DNA of 64,000 bases from a bacterium (GTDB lineage Bacteria > SAR324 > NAC60-12), in contig CBDBHR010000003.1 of assembly GCA_965205865.1 (NCBI GenBank), positions 1-64,000 of the forward strand. The letters are read 5' to 3'. Both the position numbers and the translations under genes were made by a program. This document shows, piece by piece, positions 43,044 through 51,500 of the stretch; the first letter of the stretch is position 1, and the number at the start of each line of letters is the position of its first letter. Below the pieces are notes generated by a model, which was given only the letters and a program-made list of their open reading frames with translations, was not told where the DNA came from and did no database searches.

Positions 43044-43955
43044 ATGCGAATTCTCAAGGAAGTTACTCATTTTGATTTTCTTGGAAAAAAGATGATTGCA
43101 CTGATTGTTTCAGTATTGCTCATTCTGATGGGGACTGTCTCAGTCGTCTATCACCAAGGGTTTAACTATGGCATTGATTTCAAGGGTGGATTTCAAGTAA
43201 GAATCAAATTTGAGCGAGCAATCGACTTGAATGCATTGCGCAAACAGTTTGATCGTCTTGACATGAATTCCACCAGTCTGCAGACCATTGGAGATACAAA
43301 TGAGGTCAAACTGGTCTTACCATTGAATAATCCTTTGGGAACGGGATCTGAATTGACGAGTAATCTGAAAGAATTGTTGGCCGGTGATTATCCGAAATTG
43401 GAGATACGCAGCGTAGAAAGCGTGGGACCACAAGTGGGTGATGAATTGAAGTTGAGCGCCCTTTATGCAATTTTGATTGCGCTGGGATTGATTTTAATTT
43501 ATATCACCATCCGCTTCCATTGGAAATTTGGAATCAGCGCGATTTTAACATTGACCCACGACGTGGTGGTAGTGGTAGGATTTTTTTCTGTGTTTGACAA
43601 AGAATTCACGCTCCCAGTTGTTGCTGCATTGCTCACCGTAGTGGGATATTCCCTCAATGACACCATTGTCGTTTTTGACCGAATACGGGAAAACATGGCT
43701 CGCTTTCGTAAAAAAAATTTAGAAGAAGTGATCAATCTCAGCATCAACGAAATTCTGAGCCGCACTATATTGACTTCTGGTACCACTCTTTTTGTAGTGT
43801 TGGCTCTGTTTTTTCTAGGTGGAGAAATCATTCATGATTTCGCCTTCGGAATTCTGGTGGGAATTGTTGTAGGAACCTATTCTTCCATCTATGTGGCAAG
43901 CCCGCTACTTCTTCAAATGAGTGTCAAAGCCCCTGCTCCCAAAACCCAGAGCTAA
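43044..43955 (+). CDS. secF: Protein translocase SecF
   Basis: GIDFKGG, GYSLNDTIVVFDRIRE. Confidence 0.98.
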   Translation: MRILKEVTHFDFLGKKMIALIVSVLLILMGTVSVVYHQGFNYGIDFKGGFQVRIKFERAIDLNALRKQFDRLDMNSTSLQTIGDTNEVKLVLPLNNPLGTGSELTSNLKELLAGDYPKLEIRSVESVGPQVGDELKLSALYAILIALGLILIYITIRFHWKFGISAILTLTHDVVVVVGFFSVFDKEFTLPVVAALLTVVGYSLNDTIVVFDRIRENMARFRKKNLEEVINLSINEILSRTILTSGTTLFVVLALFFLGGEIIHDFAFGILVGIVVGTYSSIYVASPLLLQMSVKAPAPKTQS

Positions 43956-43966
43956 TCGGAAAAAGG

Positions 43967-44812
43967 ATGTTTGATACCGTTGCCGTGATTGGATTGGGAT
44001 TGATTGGTGGTTCCCTGGCCTTGGAACTGAAACGACTGAAACTGGTCGATCATATTCTGGGTTACGATGTCGACGTTGATCACTGCAAGAAGGCCGAGAT
44101 GCGCGGATTGGCAGACCAGATTTTCAATGACTGGAATGACAAGCTTTTCAGTGTAGATCTGCTGGTCATTGCTATTCCCGTAGGACAGGTGTCTTCGGTG
44201 GTTGAACAATGTCATCAATGGTTGAATCCTCGCACAATCGTGACGGACGTGGGTAGTGTCAAAAAGCCGATTCTTGTCACTATGCAAAACTATCCTGCAA
44301 TCAATTTCGTGGGAGGACATCCGATTGCCGGTTCGGAAAATTTTGGACCGGAAAGCGCAAAAACGGGTTTGTTAAAAGACAAAAATTTTATTGTCACTCC
44401 AACAGACGACACGTCTCCTCAAGCATTGGAAATTGTAAAAAAGTTATGGAGTGCGGTGGGGTGTCAGGTGCACGAAATGGATGCGGAGCTACACGACAAA
44501 ATTTTTGCGTCAGTTAGTCATCTCCCCCATTTATTGGCTTATGCTACCATCGAAGCTATCGGCACAAGCGGCACTCCGGAAATCCTCAAGTATTTTGGCG
44601 CAGGTCTGAAAGATTTTTCCCGAATTGCATCATCAAGTCCACAGATGTGGGCTGATATATTTATCGAGAATCGAGACCATCTTTTGGCCACTGTGAGCCA
44701 TGCGCGTCAAATTATTGAGAAGATGGAAACACTTGTACGTGAACAAAATCATCTGGGATTGATGGAGTTGTTAGCGCGTTCTAAAAATCTCAGGGACAGC
44801 TGGATCAATTGA
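43967..44812 (+). CDS. tyrA: Prephenate/arogenate dehydrogenase
   Basis: GLGLIGGS, DVGSVK, HPIAG, SHLPH. Confidence 0.95.
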   Translation: MFDTVAVIGLGLIGGSLALELKRLKLVDHILGYDVDVDHCKKAEMRGLADQIFNDWNDKLFSVDLLVIAIPVGQVSSVVEQCHQWLNPRTIVTDVGSVKKPILVTMQNYPAINFVGGHPIAGSENFGPESAKTGLLKDKNFIVTPTDDTSPQALEIVKKLWSAVGCQVHEMDAELHDKIFASVSHLPHLLAYATIEAIGTSGTPEILKYFGAGLKDFSRIASSSPQMWADIFIENRDHLLATVSHARQIIEKMETLVREQNHLGLMELLARSKNLRDSWIN

Positions 44813-44856
44813 TCCTCCCTCATACACATACGAAGAGCGTAGTGCCGTTCGCAAGT

Positions 44857-45525
44857 TCATGATCCTTTGATTCGGTTCCGGAAAAATTCAACCAAATCGG
44901 GCTTGCTCCATTCTCTTGGACCTAAACTCCGTCCTAAAATAGTTTTGTCACGGTCGATCAAGAAAGTGACAGGCAGGTTTTGAACACCATAGAGGCGACT
45001 TATCTCCATTTCCGGATCAGCAATTATTGGAAAAGTGAATCCATGTTTTTTTAAGAACTTCTCGATTTTTTGCTTACCTTCTCCCATTCCCACCGCCAAT
45101 ATCACCATCCCCACTTCTTTCAGTTTTTGATGAAGATGTTCCATGTCCGGCATTTCTTTCAGACAGGGGGAACACCAAGTTGCCCAGAAATTGAGTAAAA
45201 TGAAATTGTTTTGATACATGTACAACTCAGAGTGGGCGTCATTGATGGGAATACCCTGAAAATTCTCAGCCTTGAGCAACATACTTGGCAATTCGACAAA
45301 GTGACTCCTCAGCAAATTCTGTTCTTGAGGAGTGAGATCGAGGTCAGGGTGAGGATGGGAAGCGGATGAGTGATTATGATCCCCATAAGCAAGAAAAAAT
45401 ATCCCTGAAATTTGGAATGCCAAGAGAAAGCAGAAAATGCGGGCTTTTGAGTTTTCCATGTATGAACTGATGTGATAAAAATTGACAATGCTTTCTGGAG
45501 ATTGCAATGGTGATTCATGTTTCAC
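44857..45525 (-). CDS. TlpA-family thiol-disulfide oxidoreductase
   Basis: NFWATWCSPC..EMP. Confidence 0.92.
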   Translation of the reverse strand: MKHESPLQSPESIVNFYHISSYMENSKARIFCFLLAFQISGIFFLAYGDHNHSSASHPHPDLDLTPQEQNLLRSHFVELPSMLLKAENFQGIPINDAHSELYMYQNNFILLNFWATWCSPCLKEMPDMEHLHQKLKEVGMVILAVGMGEGKQKIEKFLKKHGFTFPIIADPEMEISRLYGVQNLPVTFLIDRDKTILGRSLGPREWSKPDLVEFFRNRIKGS

Positions 45526-45608
45526 CTTATCTGAATAATATATTGCAGAATCTCTGGTAGTGCAAATCTAATCTAATAAATCAGCTTCTGGGGTCATCAT
45601 TTCAGAAC

Positions 45609-46430
45609 ATGAAAGCAGCCATCATCATTCCTGCACGTTATCACTCCACTCGGTTTCCCGGCAAACCTCTGGTTTCCATCGCCGGCAAGACGTTATTAAA
45701 TCGGGTTTGCGATATTGCTTTGCATGCTGCAGCTCGTGTTCAGGGGGAAGTGGAGGTGATTGTAGCAACTGATGATCAGCGTATTATGTGCCATGCAAAG
45801 TCTATTGGCGTGCGCGCATTGCATACTTCTCAGCATTGTAAAACCGGGACCGAGCGGACATTGGCAGCAGTTGAACAATTGAAAATAAAACCCGATGCCA
45901 TTGTCAATTTACAGGGAGACGCGCCTTTGACCCCTGTCCATTTTATAGAGGCCATTCTGCAAAAACTTTTATCGGATCCGTCAATTCAATGGATCACTCC
46001 CGTGGCCCAACTCAGCTGGCAGGAACTGGATCAATTGCGAGAAATTAAAAAAACAACTCCATTCAGTGGCACAACGGTGATATTGAATGATAAAGATCGG
46101 GCTATCTGGTTTTCCAAAAAAATAATTCCAGCGATTCGCGACGAAGGTAAATTACGAAAAAACACGAAAGCGTCTCCTGTTTTCCGACATATTGGCTTGT
46201 ATGGCAGTACCTTGGAAATGTTGCGCATTTATGCCAATCTCTCACAAACTCCTTATGAAATTTTGGAAGGTTTGGAGCAGTTGCGTCTATTGGAAAATGG
46301 TTACCAAATCCAAGCGGTAAAAGTGCGTTATAGGGATCATCCCGCCATGTCCGGAGTCGATACGCCGGAGGATGCCAAACGAGCAGAAGATCTCATTTTG
46401 AAATATAAACCTGGATTATTCCTCGGATGA
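45609..46430 (+). CDS. kdsB: CMP-KDO synthetase
   Basis: IPARYHSTRFPGKPL, NLQGD, HIGLY, LEQLR. Confidence 0.95.
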   Translation: MKAAIIIPARYHSTRFPGKPLVSIAGKTLLNRVCDIALHAAARVQGEVEVIVATDDQRIMCHAKSIGVRALHTSQHCKTGTERTLAAVEQLKIKPDAIVNLQGDAPLTPVHFIEAILQKLLSDPSIQWITPVAQLSWQELDQLREIKKTTPFSGTTVILNDKDRAIWFSKKIIPAIRDEGKLRKNTKASPVFRHIGLYGSTLEMLRIYANLSQTPYEILEGLEQLRLLENGYQIQAVKVRYRDHPAMSGVDTPEDAKRAEDLILKYKPGLFLG

Positions 46431-46554
46431 TGACCTCTTTGCGGCGCTGAAGTGGAGCAGCCGCATAGTTCTTTAAGCAAGCCATTCGCGCAGTTATCCG
46501 CTCAGTTTTCCTTTGAACGATCGAGCATTGACGGCTCAAGATGTGGAGTGAAAC

Positions 46555-46997
46555 TAGTGCTTGACCGAAAAATACTCAAATTGCTGATATTAAATGACAA
46601 TTCTTCAATTTCACAGGATGAAGATTGGTTTGATGCAGTGTTCAGATGGCCAGACTAGCGAGAGTGGTCCTTCCTGGCGTTCCTCATCATGTCAGCCAGA
46701 GAGTGGCTCTCTCCATGGAAATCTTTTCAGCTGATGAGAATTGCAGAGAGTATCTCTCATTTCTCAAATAGCATGGAGAAAAAATAGTTTGTGCTTGGCA
46801 GAAAAATACTCAAATTGCTGATATTAAATGACATTTCTTCAATTTCATTGGATGAAGATTTGTTTGATACAGTGTTCAATTGGCCAAAATCAGCAAAAAA
46901 TAGGATTTTTGATGAGTTTCGCCAAAATCTTCGTTTCTTGAAAATAGGTGAATACCATTAAATATCATGTAGTTATCTAATTTTCGGTCAAGCACTA
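46555..46997. mobile_element. Non-autonomous element with 17-bp TIR and a duplicated left end
   Basis: TAGTGCTTGACCGAAAA ... TTTTCGGTCAAGCACTA; ~95-bp internal repeat (46557-46652 vs 46791-46886). Confidence 0.85.
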
Positions 46998-47080
46998 ACT
47001 AAGTAAGCACTGTCTTGGTGAGCAGAAGATACTTATATTAGCGACAAACCAAGTCGATAAAAGTAAAAGAAGGATTTCCA

Positions 47081-48826
47081 CTAATTCACCACGATAATTT
47101 CCTCTCCCAGCATATCCACGATTTTCACCGCCACTCTCGCGTCGGCGTGGGGGAGCGTCAGTTCATACCAGCCCCGGATAAAATCGGTCTTCTTTTTGGG
47201 CAGGTCGCTTTCCACGATGTTGAAACTCCTGTCGTTGTAATCGGTGTCGATCAGCACACAGTCGATTTGCGCCCGGAAATCTTCAATCTGCTCATCAAAG
47301 AGCGTTCTGTCTATTTCCATCCTGGCAAGGATGGATGGGCTGATGTAATCAATTATCTTCACCGTAGCTTTTGCGTCTTCCTTTGTAATCTCTACGATCG
47401 CCTCCGCGGGTTGATCCGTTATTACCCCGTCCTGCTGAATATCACAGATGGTGATGCGGTTTATCGGGGTTTTCTCTTCAGCCAGTTCAGTAATGATCCC
47501 CATTTCACTGCCATTGCAGAAAACTGCAATATCACGTGTTTCATCCGGCCGGTTGTTTTGAATTTCATCTTTTATAATCTGAATATCCAACCGGGTCAGC
47601 GGCCTGTTCAAATCCAAAATTTTCACCAACTGCCCCCCGACGGTTCCGTCGAAAAACAAGTCCTTCCGGTCTGTCTGAATACCGTATTTGGAGACAATGA
47701 TTTTCTTCAGTCTGTCCTGTTTGGCGAAGTCGTAGTTATTCACTCGGTAATGGATGAAGCCACGTCTGTTTTTCTCCACAAGATCTTCGTTTTTTTTTGC
47801 AATGACAACCTGCAAGCGTTTGATGGTGGTTTGAATTGCGCCCTTGTTCAAATCCGCCATGATCCAGCGACGGCCCAACTTTTCCGCGACCACAGCGGTG
47901 GTGCCACTACCACAGAAGCAATCCAGGACGATTGAATCTTCATTGCTTGAAGCTTTGATGATTCGTTCCAATAGGTCTTTAGGTTTTTGGGTGGGAAAAT
48001 CTGATCTCTCTGTTTTGTCTAAAGGATTTATTATGGGTATATACCAAGTATCTCTTCGGAGTATGAAAGTATAAGTGCCATTTTCATCTACAAACCATTC
48101 TCGCTCTGCATTTTTTAGTTTTTCCTTCCCTTCTCTTTTACCTTGAACATACTTCTTTTCGTCTTTTGATACATTGAAAATTGCTTTGTCTGTCTTGCTA
48201 TATAAAAATATGTTGTCATGTTTTTTTGCGAACCCTTTTTCTCCTGCTCCTCCGGAATAATAGTGCCAAATCACTTCATTTATAAAATTCTCTTTTCCAA
48301 ACACCTCGTCCAGCAAAAATCGCAGGTGATGGCTTTTGTGCCAATCACAATGCAGATAGATGCTACCATTTTCGCTCAGCAATTCCCGCATCAGAATCAG
48401 CCGTTCATACATGAATTGCAAATAGTTATCATTGGCCCAGATGTCCACGTATTGCGCCTGCTCGATGGAAGTGTGTCCTTCCCCTTCCAATTTTTCAGTT
48501 TGTCTGCGCAGTTTCACTCTACGTATATAATCCGCGCCGGAATCAAAGGGAGGGTCAATGTAGATCAAATCGATCTTTCCCCGGAACCCGGCAATCAACA
48601 GCGAGGAGAGAATCTCCTTGTTGTCTCCATGAAAAAGCAGATTGTAATCGCTTTTCACAAATTCCGAATAAGACGGCTCAGCCGGTGGATTGTCCACGCC
48701 AACGGTCTCGCATAGCTGCGCCGGGAAATGACGCACCACGTCCAACGGTTTCTTATCAAGCCAATGCAGCATCTGGCGACCCTTGATGGGGGTGATTTTG
48801 AGGGGTTTCTTTTTCGGCTCAGTCAT
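47081..48826 (-). CDS. mod: N6-adenine/N4-cytosine DNA methyltransferase (type III Mod-like)
   Basis: DLIYIDPPF precedes PTQKP..DCFCGSGTT (beta order). Confidence 0.92.
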   Translation of the reverse strand: MTEPKKKPLKITPIKGRQMLHWLDKKPLDVVRHFPAQLCETVGVDNPPAEPSYSEFVKSDYNLLFHGDNKEILSSLLIAGFRGKIDLIYIDPPFDSGADYIRRVKLRRQTEKLEGEGHTSIEQAQYVDIWANDNYLQFMYERLILMRELLSENGSIYLHCDWHKSHHLRFLLDEVFGKENFINEVIWHYYSGGAGEKGFAKKHDNIFLYSKTDKAIFNVSKDEKKYVQGKREGKEKLKNAEREWFVDENGTYTFILRRDTWYIPIINPLDKTERSDFPTQKPKDLLERIIKASSNEDSIVLDCFCGSGTTAVVAEKLGRRWIMADLNKGAIQTTIKRLQVVIAKKNEDLVEKNRRGFIHYRVNNYDFAKQDRLKKIIVSKYGIQTDRKDLFFDGTVGGQLVKILDLNRPLTRLDIQIIKDEIQNNRPDETRDIAVFCNGSEMGIITELAEEKTPINRITICDIQQDGVITDQPAEAIVEITKEDAKATVKIIDYISPSILARMEIDRTLFDEQIEDFRAQIDCVLIDTDYNDRSFNIVESDLPKKKTDFIRGWYELTLPHADARVAVKIVDMLGEEIIVVN

Positions 48827-49593
48827 GCCACATACCTTTCAATATCGGACATAACCCCTTCTTGAAGATCAGTGAGATTCGGGTACTGCTTGTCCGCGTT
48901 CCTGGTTAGATAAGTGACTTCTTTGTTTCCCAGATCCAGCATATTCTCGTATACCACCAGACTGATAAAGGGAAGATTTGCTTTTTTGAACTCCAGCAAT
49001 GCGATCGCCGTACTTTTTGCCTTGTCGTTCCCGATCACTCCAAAGAGGTAGAATTTACGGTTTTTGTAGCTTAAAGACCAATCTACGGTGAGAATTCTAT
49101 AGTCCGGGAGAGGAAGGTCATCTTGTTTAGGATCAAATTTCTCCAACTCTTTTGTGGCATACTCTTTCAAGTCCTCGTAGAATGTGGAACGGACATTTTC
49201 TCTGCTCCAATAGCGCATATTGCAGACTTTTTGTACGCAGCCAGCAAATTGAAGTACACTCTCATAAAGCATTTCCAGAGTCGTATCCAAATAAAGATTC
49301 CCTTCCTCATTTTGAACGTCACTGTTTATCAGAATGCTTTCAAATATTTTCTGGCGAGAATTCGTATTTAATTCATAAGTGTATGAAAGACGCATGACCG
49401 CCATGCCAAAGTCGCAGATACGAATATGGTTTTCGCATTCAGGGCTATCTTGCAGATAGATATCCACCATATCACCGTCTTCATGGCGAATAGGAGCGAT
49501 AAGCTGGAATTTTCCCGGTCTCCGCTCATACACATCAAAGCCAGTTCGGGTTTTTTCGCGGAGTAAATTCAGGGCTCGGTCAATTTTCATCAT
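48823..49593 (-). CDS. DUF1828-like protein
   Basis: P..HEDGD.VDIY...I.D.G N-terminal pattern. Confidence 0.65.
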   Translation of the reverse strand: MMKIDRALNLLREKTRTGFDVYERRPGKFQLIAPIRHEDGDMVDIYLQDSPECENHIRICDFGMAVMRLSYTYELNTNSRQKIFESILINSDVQNEEGNLYLDTTLEMLYESVLQFAGCVQKVCNMRYWSRENVRSTFYEDLKEYATKELEKFDPKQDDLPLPDYRILTVDWSLSYKNRKFYLFGVIGNDKAKSTAIALLEFKKANLPFISLVVYENMLDLGNKEVTYLTRNADKQYPNLTDLQEGVMSDIERYVA

Positions 49594-50080
49594 GATTTAG
49601 ACTCAAACTCATCTGGCGTGATTCAGGAAAGTACTCTAAATAATTTATTACGCCAATGTCACCAAAGAAAACTTCGAGAGCTTGCTCAAAGGTATTATAT
49701 CCGTTCGTAATTTCTCTATACTTTTCCTGTGGTTGCGTACTACCGGAATCCATTTCCGTAGCGGTCATGCGATGTATGTGGGGTTTATCATAATGACCAT
49801 TCTGGGATCGACTTGTTTCTCCATGTGGGCCGTTATAGCGCACGAGCGTGATCGAACCCAGCTCACTATTGTTGGTTTGATAACGTAAACCAATCGAGTA
49901 GTTTTCTATAAAATTATTATTTTGACGAATAAAAACCCAAAATGACTCGCCTTCTTGGTTTTGCAAAGTCAAGGCACAACGTTTGTGATTGTTTTCATCC
50001 TTGTATCCCGTATTAGGAACTTTTCTCTTTATCTCCTTGGGAGATCGTATCAGGTCTTGAATTGCTTGATCTGTCAGCAT
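49580..50080 (-). CDS. Uncharacterised protein with RYNGPH...PHIH motifs (DUF6978-like)
   Basis: Overlaps the DUF1828-like gene; histidine motif pattern. Confidence 0.55.
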   Translation of the reverse strand: MLTDQAIQDLIRSPKEIKRKVPNTGYKDENNHKRCALTLQNQEGESFWVFIRQNNNFIENYSIGLRYQTNNSELGSITLVRYNGPHGETSRSQNGHYDKPHIHRMTATEMDSGSTQPQEKYREITNGYNTFEQALEVFFGDIGVINYLEYFPESRQMSLSLNHDEN

Positions 50081-50128
50081 AGGACATGTTCGCTTCCTGC
50101 CTATAGATTTTAATTTGATTTTTCAGCC

Positions 50129-50584
50129 TCAAGTTGAAAAATATGTAAAGACAATAATGAGAGTTAAAAAAAGAAAAAAGAAGATCAAGGGAAGAAAGGT
50201 TTCAACAATGGTGAGCTTCCAATAACGACTTTTATTTTTTCCTTCCTCCAATAACTCCCATTCACGCTTGAAAAAGGGATAGGCAAGTTTTTTTTCTAAC
50301 TCATGTAAAGCATCAAATTTTCCTGTATTGAGCTGACGATAGGAACGGATGACAACAAACCACGATACAGAAAGTAAAATTCCCAAAATGCAAAAAGCTG
50401 TCAAAACTGATTTAACATGAATAATTTCTGAGCCATATCTGAGAAAAGTAGCAAGGACAAGGACAATTCCCGTTAGCAGACTGACATAAAGCCTGTTAGC
50501 TCCTTCCCTTCTTTGGCTCACCCGGTCCGCGAGTTCGGCATGGAGTTTGTAGATTTCCAAAAGTTCCTGTCTGTTTCCGTCCAT
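50129..50584 (-). CDS. Small 3-TM membrane protein, candidate pore effector
   Basis: Three hydrophobic helices; YK..ADRVS.RR..AN and SY.QLN..KF motifs; TAATG overlap with the TIR gene. Confidence 0.7.
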   Translation of the reverse strand: MDGNRQELLEIYKLHAELADRVSQRREGANRLYVSLLTGIVLVLATFLRYGSEIIHVKSVLTAFCILGILLSVSWFVVIRSYRQLNTGKFDALHELEKKLAYPFFKREWELLEEGKNKSRYWKLTIVETFLPLIFFFLFLTLIIVFTYFST

Positions 50585-50993
50585 TATGCTAACTCCCTTA
50601 TCGCTGAGACAATGCTGTCAGTGTTCCACTTAACAATTCGGGACGCGTTACTTTTAACAATCCGAGATGTTTTCTCACTGCCCCAAGGTTCTACTGCTAC
50701 AATAGGTTTTGGAGTTGTAAATTCCTTTTGTGCTATTTGTATCTCTTTCTGTATCCACTTGCTGTAGGTTGCATAAACTCCTGCTAGTATGAGAGCGACA
50801 CTACAGGTTGCATTTGCCGCAAAATTGCTTCATACAATTCCTTGTCAGTTCCCGACGTGTGTAATGGATCATCTTTCGGCACAGAATAATTTTTGAAGGC
50901 AAAGTAGGGTCTTTCCCTCAATAATATTTCCAGTTTTTCATAAATGTCCGAATACGCCCAAGAATGGCTGATAAATAAATTATAGGTTCTCAT
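50584..50993 (-). pseudogene. ThsB-like TIR protein, 1-nt frameshift near 50805
   Basis: LFISHSW..QMQP then shifted frame CSVALILAGVYATYSKWIQKEI..KPIVAVEPWG..SIVSAIRELA*. Confidence 0.9.
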
Positions 50994-51019
50994 GTCTGTC
51001 TCCTTAATTTAATGCGAGT

Positions 51020-51490
51020 TTAACCAATCGATAATTGGTTTGATTTTCTCTGCTCTTGTTTAAAGTTCCTGTCTGATTTCGTCCATTGGGCTAACTCCCT
51101 TATCGCTGAGACAATGCTGTTGGTATTCCAGCCAACAATCTGGTCGGCATGATCTCGGACCTTCGCAGAGATTTCATTTGTACAAGGCCGTAAAGCAAGA
51201 ATAGGTTTTGGTTTCGAAAAGCCACTTTTAGCAATCTTGATTTCCTTGTCTATCCACTCACTGTACTCAGCATAGACTCTCGCTAAAACGATTACGATAC
51301 CGCATGGTTGCATCTTATTGTGGATTACCTTGGATAACTGTTTGTCTGTACTATCAAGCACGGGAACTTTTTTGGGGATGGAGTGGTTGTGATAACGAAA
51401 GTTGTTGGCTTGTTTCAATAGATTGACCAAGTTGCTGTATTGGTCATGGTATGTCCAGGAGTGGCTGATAAATAAATGGTACGTTTTCAT
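51020..51490 (-). CDS. ThsB-like (DUF1863-type) TIR protein
   Basis: LFISHSW, SEWIDKEI (catalytic-position Glu), KPIL, VGWN..SIV.AI. Confidence 0.9.
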   Translation of the reverse strand: MKTYHLFISHSWTYHDQYSNLVNLLKQANNFRYHNHSIPKKVPVLDSTDKQLSKVIHNKMQPCGIVIVLARVYAEYSEWIDKEIKIAKSGFSKPKPILALRPCTNEISAKVRDHADQIVGWNTNSIVSAIRELAQWTKSDRNFKQEQRKSNQLSIG

Positions 51491-51500
51491 ATCTACCTCA

